Shown: one piece after another, positions 49,555 to 59,013 of the stretch
How positions within the stretch are numbered: position 1 is the stretch's first letter
Layout: every line of letters starts with the position of its first letter
From: Candidatus Omnitrophota bacterium
GTDB taxonomy: Bacteria; Omnitrophota; Gorgyraeia; S143-82
Reading direction: 5' to 3'
DNA length: 64,000 nt
Assembly: GCA_015494465.1 (NCBI GenBank)
Contig: WGBD01000002.1
Location: 131,683 to 195,682, forward strand
Program-made: the position numbers and the translations under genes
Notes under the pieces: model-generated
The model's input: the letters and a program-made list of their open reading frames with translations, nothing else
The model's database searches: none
What the model was told of the DNA's origin: nothing

Positions 49555-50359
49555 CCGTGTCCTCTATTACCTGTGGCCTCTCCTCCGGAGCATCCTCCTC
49601 GCCTAAACTACGCCTATAGAAGAGATACACCGACGTCATTCCTACCAACCCAATGCCACCTGCAAAGAGAGAAAACACTAACTTCTGCAACACCCCATAG
49701 AGTGGCCCCAGAGGATAGAATATAAACGAAACACCCACCACCAAGACTCCGCCCACTATTCCCAGTATCAGCAGCAATATGACTATACACAAATATGTCC
49801 AGAAATGCTCGCCGGTTATCCTCCAACTCTCTTTAAACGACTCCACTAATCCTCTCTCATTAAGCAAAAAAGCAAACAATGCAAGACCAAACAATCTAAA
49901 AACCACATACATTTCTATCAACACCGCCCCAATAAAAACAAGCGCTACCAAAATCGGTCCTGCAACTGGAATCAATCTGGCAATACCTCCAACTATGCCT
50001 CCTGCGAATACAACTATCAGAGTAAGAACAAACATTACAAGCCATAGTACTATAACGAACAATACCATCCAAAGGTACTTCCTAAAAGCAAAAGATAGTA
50101 TTCCGCCAATGGAATCTGAGGTCTCCTCCAACAAATCCTCCGCAATCTTAAGTGAGGCAAGAGCAGCAAACCAATCCAATAACAAGGATATAAATCTCCA
50201 ACCCGGTGCAGGCACATTTAGTGGCGGCAATATCAACGAACTCACCCAATATACCAACACCACCACCCAAAAGGTCTTCACCAGCCAACCGAATCCTCGC
50301 GAGACGGCAGCGAAGGCATCTTTTACTATGGCTATACACGAAAGCGACTTCTCCTGCAT
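49547..50359 (-). CDS. Hypothetical multi-pass membrane protein
   Basis: About six TMs, ESFKESWRIT pattern typical of GDPD-membrane-domain-like proteins. Confidence 0.7.
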   Translation of the reverse strand: MQEKSLSCIAIVKDAFAAVSRGFGWLVKTFWVVVLVYWVSSLILPPLNVPAPGWRFISLLLDWFAALASLKIAEDLLEETSDSIGGILSFAFRKYLWMVLFVIVLWLVMFVLTLIVVFAGGIVGGIARLIPVAGPILVALVFIGAVLIEMYVVFRLFGLALFAFLLNERGLVESFKESWRITGEHFWTYLCIVILLLILGIVGGVLVVGVSFIFYPLGPLYGVLQKLVFSLFAGGIGLVGMTSVYLFYRRSLGEEDAPEERPQVIEDTDE

Positions 50360-50386
50360 ATTCCCCCCTTCTCAACTCCTTTTTAA

Positions 50387-51652
50387 CTACACATCCTTAA
50401 ACACAACCTTACCCCGCCTCATGGTCAACAGGACCTTGCCCCTAAGGCTTTTACCGAGAAAAGGCGAATTCTTACCCTTAGAGAGGAGAGTATCCTCCCT
50501 CACCTGCCAACTCGCATTGGGATCCACGACCACCAGATCCGCAACCGAGCCCTCCTCTACATCCACCGGATCCATCCCCAATATCCTTCTCGGATTATCA
50601 CAACATAGCCTCTTAACATCTTCCCAAGTGAGGATCCCCTCCAGAACAAAACGGTCTATCATGGACGAAAGCCAGGTCTCCAGGCCCACTACCCCGAAAG
50701 GAGCCAGTTCAAACTCCACCTCTTTCTCCCAAGCGGTGTGGGGGGCGTGATCGGTCGCTACGCAGTCTATCTTACCCGACTTTATTGCCCTCATCAATGC
50801 CTTTCTGTCGGACTCCTTTCGCAAGGGCGGATTCATCTTGAAGTTAGGGTCATACCCACTTATCGCCTCCTCGTTAAAGATCAGATGATGCGGTGTCACC
50901 TCGGCAGTGACGAGGCCGGGATAAAACCTCTTGTATCGTGAGAGTATCTCTACCGAGCGCGCCAAGGATACATGGCATATGTGCACCCGGGCCCCGACAT
51001 AGGTGGCTATCTCCAGGTCCCTCAACAGGCCTATGGTCTCGCTTATCTCCGGGATGCCCCGCAGGCCCAGTTTAAGAGATATTAGACCTTCGTTCATACT
51101 GCCGCGATCGGAAAGTCGGGCATCCTCGCAGTGGAGCATAACCAACAGGCCCACCGATCGGGCGTACTCCAAGGCATAACGCATAAGTCTGCTATCCCTT
51201 ACCGCCAGACCGTCCTCAGAGACCGCCACCGCACCCGCCTGTCTCAATCCCGCCATCTCGGTGAGGGTCTCCCCCTTCTGCCCTACGGTGATGGAGGCAA
51301 CTGGGAGCAGGTCTATCAATCCGATCCTCTGGGCCTCTTCCCGCAGACCCCTCACCACCGCGGGGTTATCCACTACCGGGTTGGTATTGGGCATAGTGCA
51401 GACCGCAGTGACCCCACCGTGGACCGCAGCCAGAGAGAAGGTCCTAAGAGTCTCCTTCTCGTCACCTCCCGGCTGACGGCTGTGGGCGTGCAGGTCCACC
51501 AGGGAAGGCAGGATAACCGACCCATCCAGATCGTAGACCTCGTCCGCGCTCTCCTTTATAGAGGAGGCAATGCGCGCGATCCTTCCACCTTCCACGAGGA
51601 GGTCCCGCTTCTCCCTCCCCTCTATGTGTATACCCTTTAGGAGGATCCTCAT
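50387..51652 (-). CDS. pyrC: Dihydroorotase
   Basis: DLHAH, MPNT.P, HCED, HICH, EVTPHH, KMNPPLR, ATDHAPH motifs. Confidence 0.95.
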   Translation of the reverse strand: MRILLKGIHIEGREKRDLLVEGGRIARIASSIKESADEVYDLDGSVILPSLVDLHAHSRQPGGDEKETLRTFSLAAVHGGVTAVCTMPNTNPVVDNPAVVRGLREEAQRIGLIDLLPVASITVGQKGETLTEMAGLRQAGAVAVSEDGLAVRDSRLMRYALEYARSVGLLVMLHCEDARLSDRGSMNEGLISLKLGLRGIPEISETIGLLRDLEIATYVGARVHICHVSLARSVEILSRYKRFYPGLVTAEVTPHHLIFNEEAISGYDPNFKMNPPLRKESDRKALMRAIKSGKIDCVATDHAPHTAWEKEVEFELAPFGVVGLETWLSSMIDRFVLEGILTWEDVKRLCCDNPRRILGMDPVDVEEGSVADLVVVDPNASWQVREDTLLSKGKNSPFLGKSLRGKVLLTMRRGKVVFKDV

Positions 51653-52575
51653 CTCCTCAACACCGTGCTCACCAGATACAACACCGCCATCCTCACCGCA
51701 ACGCCGTTGGTAACCTGCTCCAGTATCACCGAGTTCTCCCCGTCCACGCCCGCAGGCACCATCTCTACACCCCGATTCACCGGTCCCGGATGCATAAGTA
51801 TCACCTTGGTAGCCAATCTCTTCAACCTCTCCTCGGTCAACCCGTACAACCGGTGATACTCCCGCAGAGAGGGAAACAATCCCGCCTCCTGGCGCTCCCT
51901 CTGGATCCTCAGGAACATCAAGACATCCTTTCCCTTCATCGCCTCGTCGAGATCGGTGTACACCTTGACCACCTTTTCTATCCCCCGCGGGAGCAGGCTC
52001 ACCGGCCCGCAGACCGAGACATCCGCACCCATCTTGGTCAATCCCCAGATGTTGCTGCGCGCCACTCGGGAGTGGAGGATGTCCCCCACTATCAACACCT
52101 TTATGCCCTCCAAGGTCCCGAGGCGCTCTCTTATGGTAAACATGTCCAAAAGGGCCTGGGTGGGGTGTTCGTTCATGCCGTCGCCGGCATTTATCACCCC
52201 GACATCGGGCAGGCGACTCGCCAAAAGATGACAGGCACCGGCAAGGGAGTGCCTGAGGACTATTATGTCGCAGACGAGCGCCCGGAGGTTCTTGGCGGTG
52301 TCCAGCAGGGTCTCTCCCTTCACCACACTGCTGGAGGAGGCGGAGACATTTACCATGTCCGCACTCAGGCGCTTTCCTGCCAACTCAAACGATACCCGGG
52401 TCCGGGTGGAGGGCTCAAAGAATAGGTTGGCAATGGTCCAACCCCGCAGGGTAGGTACCTTCTTCACCTCCCGGAAGAGGACCTCCTTAAAAGAGGCCGC
52501 GGTCTCCAAAATCAGACCTATCTCCTCCCGGCTCAGACCCTTCAGACCTACGAGGTCCTTTCTCTTCCAGACCAT
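51649..52575 (-). CDS. pyrB: Aspartate carbamoyltransferase catalytic subunit
   Basis: [35 protein letters not shown] motifs. Confidence 0.97.
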   Translation of the reverse strand: MVWKRKDLVGLKGLSREEIGLILETAASFKEVLFREVKKVPTLRGWTIANLFFEPSTRTRVSFELAGKRLSADMVNVSASSSSVVKGETLLDTAKNLRALVCDIIVLRHSLAGACHLLASRLPDVGVINAGDGMNEHPTQALLDMFTIRERLGTLEGIKVLIVGDILHSRVARSNIWGLTKMGADVSVCGPVSLLPRGIEKVVKVYTDLDEAMKGKDVLMFLRIQRERQEAGLFPSLREYHRLYGLTEERLKRLATKVILMHPGPVNRGVEMVPAGVDGENSVILEQVTNGVAVRMAVLYLVSTVLRR

Positions 52576-53102
52576 TAGCGAACAACCACCCTATCCTTAC
52601 CGTCCACCTCTTTCAACTCCACATAAACCCGTCTATCCTTGGGATCCACCTCTACGCCCACGAAGTCCGCACAGATCGGCATCTCCCGCCCCGGTCTCTG
52701 CACCAGGACCATCATCTTCACGAAGGCAGGTCTGCCCACATCTATTATCGCAGAGAGGGCAGCACGCGCGGTCCTGCCGGTAAACAAGACATCGTCCACC
52801 AGCAGGACCCCCTTATCGGTCACATTGGGAAGGTTAGTTCGCCTGACCTGAGGCAGGTCAAACCTGCGCACGAAGTCGTCGCGATAGAGGTTGATGTCTA
52901 TCTCGCCTACTGGAAGAGACATCCCCGTCCTGCGCTTTATCCACCTTTGAATCCTATGGGCAAGGTAGACCCCCCGGGTATATATCCCGATCAGTACGAC
53001 ATCTGAGAGAGGGAACCCTTCTGACAATAGAGGCTGGCACAGGCGGGACTCGAGCGCCCGGCGAAAACCCGACGGATCCAATATCACCTTCTCTCTACCC
53101 AT
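52575..53102 (-). CDS. pyrR: Pyrimidine operon regulator / uracil phosphoribosyltransferase
   Basis: [29 protein letters not shown] motifs; precedes pyrBC. Confidence 0.93.
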   Translation of the reverse strand: MGREKVILDPSGFRRALESRLCQPLLSEGFPLSDVVLIGIYTRGVYLAHRIQRWIKRRTGMSLPVGEIDINLYRDDFVRRFDLPQVRRTNLPNVTDKGVLLVDDVLFTGRTARAALSAIIDVGRPAFVKMMVLVQRPGREMPICADFVGVEVDPKDRRVYVELKEVDGKDRVVVR

Positions 53103-53148
53103 TAGGCCCTAATATGGTATCACAAAAGCGATCCCTTTACCAAGATCT

Positions 53149-54288
53149 CTAACGATTCCTCTCTGCCCCCTTCCATATCCCTGGAATCTTTTCTCCGCAC
53201 ACCGGACAACGCCCGTTGCGGATCTTGTTAAAGACTATCGTGTAGCCTATCCTCTTTATCAACAGGGTCCCGCACTTCGGGCAATAGGTGCTCTCCCACT
53301 TGTGCCCGGGTACATTGCCTATGTAGACGAACTTCAATCCGCACCGGTGGGCGATATCAACGCACCTCTCTAAGGTGGATATAGGCGTGGGAGGGACTCG
53401 GGTCAACTCGTGATGGGGATAAAACCGAGAGAAGTGCAAAGGCACATCCGGACCCAGGTTCTCCACTATCCACCTGCACATCTCCTCCACAGGCTCGGGG
53501 GAATCGTTGAAGCCGGGGATGACGAGGTTGGTTATCTCCAGCCATGTCCCGGACTCCTTGATTATCTTAAGGGTCCGAAGGACCGGCGCCAACGAGGCCA
53601 TAAGACCCATTCGGTTGTAGAACTCCTCGGTAAAACCTTTCAGATCCACATTTACCGCATCTATGTAGGGAAGAAGCGCCCGCAAGGGCTCGGGATTTAT
53701 GTAGCCACAGGTATGCATTGCGTTGAACAGGCCCTTTGCCTTGGCCAATTTGGCTATGTCAAACATGTACTCGTAGAATATCGTCGGCTCAGTATAGGTG
53801 TAGACCACCCAATCCGTACGATACTGCTTTGCCAGAGAAACCACTTCCTCCGGGGACAAGATAAATCCAAACACCTCATCCGGTCGCACCTGAGAAATCT
53901 GCCAGTTCTGGCAGAAAAGACAACGCATGTTGCATCCTGCTACCGCAATGGAAAAGGCGGGACTGCCCGGCCAGACATGGAAGAAGGGCTTCTTCTCGAT
54001 AGGATCTATGTGAACCGCTACCGGATTGCCGTAGCCATAGGTCACCAGTTCACCATTGCGATTCTCCCTAACCCCGCATATTCCCCGCTGACCAGGTCTC
54101 AGGACGCACTTTCTCGGGCAGAGCAGACACTGGACCATAGAATCCTCGGGGAGTTTCTGCCAATACTTGGCAGGATGAGGTGAGACCTTTTTCGGCTCCT
54201 GACAATGGACGAACTTGGGCAAGAGCAAAAGGATTAAGGAGAAAAGAAAAACGGGCAAGGCCAAAAGCCTTGCCCGCAGTATTCCCAT
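53149..54288 (-). CDS. amrS: AmmeMemoRadiSam system radical SAM enzyme
   Basis: CLLCPRKC..GICGVR, DPIEKKP, CNMRCLFC, YTYTEP, C-terminal CPKC/CPVC; start uncertain. Confidence 0.9.
   Translation of the reverse strand: MGILRARLLALPVFLFSLILLLLPKFVHCQEPKKVSPHPAKYWQKLPEDSMVQCLLCPRKCVLRPGQRGICGVRENRNGELVTYGYGNPVAVHIDPIEKKPFFHVWPGSPAFSIAVAGCNMRCLFCQNWQISQVRPDEVFGFILSPEEVVSLAKQYRTDWVVYTYTEPTIFYEYMFDIAKLAKAKGLFNAMHTCGYINPEPLRALLPYIDAVNVDLKGFTEEFYNRMGLMASLAPVLRTLKIIKESGTWLEITNLVIPGFNDSPEPVEEMCRWIVENLGPDVPLHFSRFYPHHELTRVPPTPISTLERCVDIAHRCGLKFVYIGNVPGHKWESTYCPKCGTLLIKRIGYTIVFNKIRNGRCPVCGEKIPGIWKGAERNR
54241..54276 (-). terminator. Intrinsic terminator after the histone-like gene (overlaps the amrS 5' end)
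   Basis: 10-bp stem CGGGCAAGGC/GCCTTGCCCG followed by TTTTTCTTTTC. Confidence 0.75.
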
Positions 54289-54304
54289 CCTGACGAGACG
54301 GATG

Positions 54305-54505
54305 TTACTTCTTGCTCTTCTTAGAGGCACTCTTCTTTGCGGTGGTCTTCTTTGTCGTGGACTTCTTGGCGGCAGACTTCTTTACAGTGCTCTTCCTGGT
54401 CCCGCACTTCTTTGCGGTGCTCTTCTTGGCAGTGGACTTTTTCGCAGTCGTTTTCTTGGCAGTGGCTTTTTTGGTCGTCTTCTTCGCGGTCTTCTTCGTC
54501 GCCAT
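54305..54505 (-). CDS. Histone H1-like basic nucleoid protein
   Basis: 66 aa of (S/T)TAKK-like repeats; GAGGGGGG RBS; own promoter (TTGATA-17 nt-TAGTCT) and terminator. Confidence 0.8.
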   Translation of the reverse strand: MATKKTAKKTTKKATAKKTTAKKSTAKKSTAKKCGTRKSTVKKSAAKKSTTKKTTAKKSASKKSKK

Positions 54506-54700
54506 ATCTCACCCCCCTCTTTAAGGACCAAAAACCAAAAACACCTGTCGTTATTAGACTAACATACATAGAAGAGGGTATCAAGAAATTTTATTAAAAC
54601 GGCTACCTAACTGGTGATTTATCGACGAAAAAATGCACGATTCAAAATCAGAAAATCTTCAGACGGGAACAGGGGGTAAGCGTGGTCATCGTTTGAAATC

Positions 54701-54772
54701 TTGCCCCGCCTGGATTCGAACCAGGACTACTTGATCCAGAGTCAAGCGTGCTACCAGTTGCACCACGGGGCA
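54701..54772 (-). tRNA. tRNA-Gln (CTG), CCA not encoded
   Basis: TGCCCCGTGGTGCAACTGGTAGCACGCTTGACTCTGGATCAAGTAGTCCTGGTTCGAATCCAGGCGGGGCAA; U1-A72 pair. Confidence 0.93.
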
Positions 54773-54824
54773 ATCCGGGAGATATATTTTATCACAAAAA
54801 GCGATTTCCACCAGTGGAACTTTA

Positions 54825-55340
54825 TCAATACACTATCAGACTGTGCACGGTGTAGTCTTTCAGCCTATCCCTGCCGTTGAGGAAAGAGAGTTCCACCAGA
54901 AACAGAAGAGAACTGACCTGACCCCCCAACTTCTTCACCAACTCTATTACCGCAAGGGAGGTCCCCCCAGTGGCGAGAAGGTCGTCCACTATCACCACCT
55001 TTGCCCCGGGTTCAAAGGCATCTTCGTGTATCTCCAAGAGGTCTACTCCGTACTCCAACTCGTACTCCACCTTGTGCGTCTTGTAGGGGAGTTTGCCCTT
55101 TTTCCTCACCGGAACGAATCCGGTCTTCAGTTTGTAGGCAAGCGGGGCACCGAATATAAATCCCCGCGACTCCACCGCCACTATTACATCCGGAGCCTCG
55201 CCTGCAATTTTATCCGCGAGGAGGTCTATCGTTTCGGAAAAGGCCTCCCTGTGCCCTAACAACGGGGTGATGTCCTTGAAGATGATCCCTTCCTTAGGAA
55301 AGTTGGGTACATCCCTTATAAACGACTTCAGGTCTCTCAT
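54825..55340 (-). CDS. apt: Adenine phosphoribosyltransferase
   Basis: FPKEGIIFKDITP, ESRGF, RKKGKLP, LEYG, VDDLLATGGT motifs. Confidence 0.97.
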   Translation of the reverse strand: MRDLKSFIRDVPNFPKEGIIFKDITPLLGHREAFSETIDLLADKIAGEAPDVIVAVESRGFIFGAPLAYKLKTGFVPVRKKGKLPYKTHKVEYELEYGVDLLEIHEDAFEPGAKVVIVDDLLATGGTSLAVIELVKKLGGQVSSLLFLVELSFLNGRDRLKDYTVHSLIVY

Positions 55341-55353
55341 GACTCCCCTCCCG

Positions 55354-55524
55354 TTAAGACTGTACCGCCCACCAGATCAGTGCCAGAGAACAGCCTATCA
55401 CAAACAGGTAATAGTCGTAGAAGTAAAAGAAGTCCAGTATCCGCTCCCACCAGGTGTACTCAAACTCCACCTCTTCGTCTGAGGTGACAGGGCTTACTTC
55501 AGGCTCTTTTCCCAATTCCTCCAT
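55354..55524 (-). CDS. Small single-TM hypothetical protein
   Basis: Fills the gap between aspC and apt; acidic N-terminus, aromatic-rich TM; start uncertain. Confidence 0.45.
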   Translation of the reverse strand: MEELGKEPEVSPVTSDEEVEFEYTWWERILDFFYFYDYYLFVIGCSLALIWWAVQS

Positions 55525-56666
55525 CTCTCCAATCCCTTCTTTATCTCCTCCTCCGAGGTGGCAAAACTCACCCTCACCCATCCCTCCGCCCCGAATGCGG
55601 ACCCGGGGATCACGCCCACCTTGGTCTCGTCCAACAGGCGCTGGGCAAAGGTCATACTGTCCAACCCGGTCCTGGATATGTTCACGAAGGCGTAAAAGGT
55701 CCCCTTGGGCGGAAAGAGGTCCGCAGTCTCTATCCCCGCGAACAACTCCTTCACCAATCCTGCCCGTTTCTTATAGGTCTCCCGCATTCTCCTCTCCCAA
55801 TCCGCACCTTCCCTTAGGGCGACGATGGAGGCGTACTGGCTGATGCTGGTGGGATTGGATGTGGAATGGGACTGCAGGGCCCCTGCCAGTTTTATAACCC
55901 TTTCGTCTCCCGCACAGAAACCGATCCGCCAACCGGTCATAGAATAGGCCTTGGAGACCCCGTTGACGGTGATGGTGCGGGAATAAGCGTCCTCGCTTAG
56001 GCTAGCAAATGAGATGTGCTCTCCTTCAAAGGTAAGGACATCGTATATCTCGTCGCTTATCACCCACAGGTCGTATTCCTCACAGATCTTGCCTATCTCC
56101 TCCAACCTCCGGGCATCGTATACGGTACCGGTGGGGTTGCTGGGATAGTTCAGGATGAGGACCTTTGCCCTAGGATGGCCCTTCAGGGTATCTGCAAGGG
56201 CTCCGGGATCCAGGCAAAAGTCGTCCTCCCTTCTCGTTTCCACGAAGATGGGCACCCCACCTGCCAGTTTGACCATCTCGGGATAACTCACCCAATAAGG
56301 GGACGGTATCACCACCTCATCTCCCGGATCCACCAATACCTGAAGGATGTTGTAAATACTGTGCTTTGCCCCACAGGAGATAAGGACCTGCTCCGGGCAA
56401 TACTTCACCCCATTCACCCTCTCAAACCTCTCCACCACCGCCTTTTTGAGTTCCGCCATGCCCGAGGCGGGGGTGTAGCGAGTAAGGCCCTTCCTTATCG
56501 CCTCTATCCCCGCCTCGCAGACGAAGTCCGGAGTGGGAAGATCCGGCTCTCCTGCGGCGAAGTTCACCACATCCTCGCCTTCTGCCCGCAACGACTTCAC
56601 CTTGGCGGTAATCGCCAGAGTAGTGGAAGGGGATATGTTCTTTGCCCGAGAAGAGACCTCTTTCAT
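55494..56666 (-). CDS. aspC: Aspartate aminotransferase (class I/II PLP-dependent)
   Basis: GEPD, PYWVSY, PSNPTG, SDEIY, SKAYSMTGWRIG motifs. Confidence 0.9.
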   Translation of the reverse strand: MKEVSSRAKNISPSTTLAITAKVKSLRAEGEDVVNFAAGEPDLPTPDFVCEAGIEAIRKGLTRYTPASGMAELKKAVVERFERVNGVKYCPEQVLISCGAKHSIYNILQVLVDPGDEVVIPSPYWVSYPEMVKLAGGVPIFVETRREDDFCLDPGALADTLKGHPRAKVLILNYPSNPTGTVYDARRLEEIGKICEEYDLWVISDEIYDVLTFEGEHISFASLSEDAYSRTITVNGVSKAYSMTGWRIGFCAGDERVIKLAGALQSHSTSNPTSISQYASIVALREGADWERRMRETYKKRAGLVKELFAGIETADLFPPKGTFYAFVNISRTGLDSMTFAQRLLDETKVGVIPGSAFGAEGWVRVSFATSEEEIKKGLERWRNWEKSLK

Positions 56667-56677
56667 ATGTCTACCTC

Positions 56678-57475
56678 CTACAGCATCGCCTGTTCCATAA
56701 ACCGCTTCAGGGAATAATATATGTTCCCCTGCCTCATAAAGTACTCGCCAACCAGGACCGCGTCCACCTTCAACTGCTTTAAGAGAGGGAGGACCTCAGC
56801 GGAGATCCCGCTCTCCGCGACCCGGATCTTCTCCTCCGGGATCTGGGGGATCAACCTGCTGAAGGTGTTTATGTCCACCGTCAGGGTGTGCAGATCACGG
56901 GAGTTCACCCCTATTATCTCCGCGTCAAAGGCCATAGCCCTGTCGAGGTCCCTTTGATCGTGCACCTCAAAGAGGACATCGCAGTGCAGATCGCTTGCTG
57001 TCTCTACGATCCTAATGACCTCCTCGTCCTCCAACATCGCCACTATCAACAGGACCGCATCCGCACCCATTGCCCGGGCCAATCGCACCTGATACGCATC
57101 GACGAAGAAGTCCTTACACAACAGGGGCACCTCCACGAAGTCCCGTATGCGCCTCAAGTACTCAAAACTCCCCTTGAAGTGCCGGTGATCGGTGAGTACG
57201 GATATCGCATCCGCGCCTCCACCCTGATACTCCAAGGCCACATCCACCGGATCCCTCTTGTGGGCATCCGCTATCGCACCCCGGGAGGGAGATGCGTACT
57301 TCACCTCCGCTATGACCGAGATGCGGCTGCCGTGCCTTAGGGCGTGCTTGAAGTTGTAGAACTTCCTCCTCTGCAGGAGCATGTGCTTTACCTGACTGGG
57401 AGGGTACTTGACCTTCAACTCCTCTATCTCCGCTAACTTCTCTTTCTTTATCGTCTTAAGGAAATCCCTTCTCAC
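56678..57475 (-). CDS. trpC: Indole-3-glycerol-phosphate synthase
   Basis: IAEVKYASPSRG, SVLTD..F.GS, KDF, GADAVLLI, GVNSRDL, AESGI motifs; GTG start after GAGGAGG inferred. Confidence 0.95.
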   Translation of the reverse strand: MRRDFLKTIKKEKLAEIEELKVKYPPSQVKHMLLQRRKFYNFKHALRHGSRISVIAEVKYASPSRGAIADAHKRDPVDVALEYQGGGADAISVLTDHRHFKGSFEYLRRIRDFVEVPLLCKDFFVDAYQVRLARAMGADAVLLIVAMLEDEEVIRIVETASDLHCDVLFEVHDQRDLDRAMAFDAEIIGVNSRDLHTLTVDINTFSRLIPQIPEEKIRVAESGISAEVLPLLKQLKVDAVLVGEYFMRQGNIYYSLKRFMEQAML

Positions 57476-57483
57476 GGCCCTCC

Positions 57484-59013
57484 TCAATGTAAAAAGTGTC
57501 TCGACCTCGTGAACACCAGTGCAATCCCATACCGGTTGCAGGCCTCTATCACCTCGGGGTCTGCCTTGGACCCTGCGGGCTGGACGATGGCCCTTATCCC
57601 CGCCTCCGCGCACAATTCCACATTGTCAGTCTTGGGAAAGAAGGCATCGCTGGCAAGGACCGCGCCCTTGGCCCTTTCCCCTGCCTTATCCAGGGCAATC
57701 CTCACCGCGTCCACCCTGCTCATCTGCCCAGCCCCCACCCCGAGGACCTGCCCTCTCTTCGCGACCACTATCGCGTTGGACCGCACGAACCTTACCGCCC
57801 AGAAGGCAAAGAGAAGATCCTCCATCTGGGCCTTGGTGGGACGCCTCCTGCCCACCACCTCCAAATCCTCAATACCTTCCTTCAAGGCATCTCTCTCTTG
57901 GAGGAGGAATCCGTTAAAGGCCGGCCTGATGTGGGGTCCCGAGGTAAACCGCTTCACTCTCACCACCCGCAGGTTCTTCTTTTGACGAAACCACTCCAGT
58001 GCCCCCTTGGTAAACCCGGGGGCAACTACGCACTCCCGAAATCCGCTTCTGACTATCTCCTTCGCACAGGCCTCGTCTATTACCGCATTCACCCCGATTA
58101 TACCGCCGAAGGAAGACAACGGATCGCCTGCGTAGGCCCGACGATAGGCCTGGGCCGGGCTGTCGCCGATTGCCAGACCGCAGGGGTTGCCGTGCTTTAC
58201 TACCGTGGCGCATATTCGGGGTGAGAAAAACCTGACGATATCCCACGCAGAAGAGAGATCCATAATGTTGTTGTAGGACAGTTCCTTGCCCTGCAGTTTC
58301 TCAAACACCGGCCTCTCACCAAACGGCACACAGAATTTAGCGGACTGATGGGGATTCTCCCCGTACCTCAGGTCAAGGACCGCCTCCAGCCCCAGAGCAG
58401 GTTCGTCTTCCAGAGAAAGCCTATCCTTAAACATGGCCTGAGCTATCCAGAGGTCGTATCTAGCAGTTAGGTGAAAGACCTTCCCCGCCATCCGCCGACG
58501 GAAGGAAAGGCTGGTTGCCCCCTCGTGTCTGTCCAATTCCCGTCTCAAGAGCCTGTAATCGGAAATGTCGGATACGACGGTGACCCAGCGAAAGTTCTTT
58601 GCCCCTGCCCTCAGCATCGCGGGGCCTCCGATGTCTATGAACTCAACGAGGTCCTTCTCCCCCGACTTGAAGGCCTCCCGGAAGGGATAGAGGTTGACCA
58701 CCACCAGATCTATAGGATGGGCGCCCACCCGCCGAAGGTCCTCGGCGTCAGCGGTATTGTCCCGGCGGGACAACAGCCCCGCATGGATAATCGGATGCAG
58801 GGTCTTTACCCTGCCGGAGAGGATCTCCGGAGAAGAGGTGACCTCACTGACATCGCAGACCCTAACCCCCAACTCCCGCAGGCGCCGGGCGGTGTTCCCG
58901 GTGGAGATCACCTCTACATCGTAGGCGCGGAGGGTATCGGCCAGTTCCTCCAATCCCGTCTTGTCCCAGACGCTCACCAAGGCCCTTGATATCTTGACCA
59001 GATCGCCCTTCAT
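57484..59013 (-). CDS. purH: Bifunctional AICAR transformylase / IMP cyclohydrolase
   Basis: ALVSV.DK, GRVKTLHP, IDIGGP, LRYGENPHQ, KHGNPCG, GQMSRVD, ASDAFFP, RHFLH motifs. Confidence 0.96.
   Translation of the reverse strand: MKGDLVKISRALVSVWDKTGLEELADTLRAYDVEVISTGNTARRLRELGVRVCDVSEVTSSPEILSGRVKTLHPIIHAGLLSRRDNTADAEDLRRVGAHPIDLVVVNLYPFREAFKSGEKDLVEFIDIGGPAMLRAGAKNFRWVTVVSDISDYRLLRRELDRHEGATSLSFRRRMAGKVFHLTARYDLWIAQAMFKDRLSLEDEPALGLEAVLDLRYGENPHQSAKFCVPFGERPVFEKLQGKELSYNNIMDLSSAWDIVRFFSPRICATVVKHGNPCGLAIGDSPAQAYRRAYAGDPLSSFGGIIGVNAVIDEACAKEIVRSGFRECVVAPGFTKGALEWFRQKKNLRVVRVKRFTSGPHIRPAFNGFLLQERDALKEGIEDLEVVGRRRPTKAQMEDLLFAFWAVRFVRSNAIVVAKRGQVLGVGAGQMSRVDAVRIALDKAGERAKGAVLASDAFFPKTDNVELCAEAGIRAIVQPAGSKADPEVIEACNRYGIALVFTRSRHFLH

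Noticed and set aside
49779-50750. 323-aa plus-strand Thr/Asn/Ile-rich ORF
   Set aside because: Antisense of a hydrophobic membrane protein and pyrC; no independent features.
53103-53148. PyrR-binding attenuator upstream of pyrR
   Set aside because: Only 46 nt of intergenic space with a -10-like element; no anti-antiterminator/terminator structure seen.
54305-54505. Short tandem DNA repeats resembling a CRISPR or VNTR
   Set aside because: Degenerate coding repeats of the Lys-rich protein; no constant repeat with unique spacers and no cas genes.
21-54772. tRNA genes as integration sites for islands or prophage
   Set aside because: No integrase, phage genes or duplicated tRNA 3' ends were noticed; the flanks are housekeeping genes.
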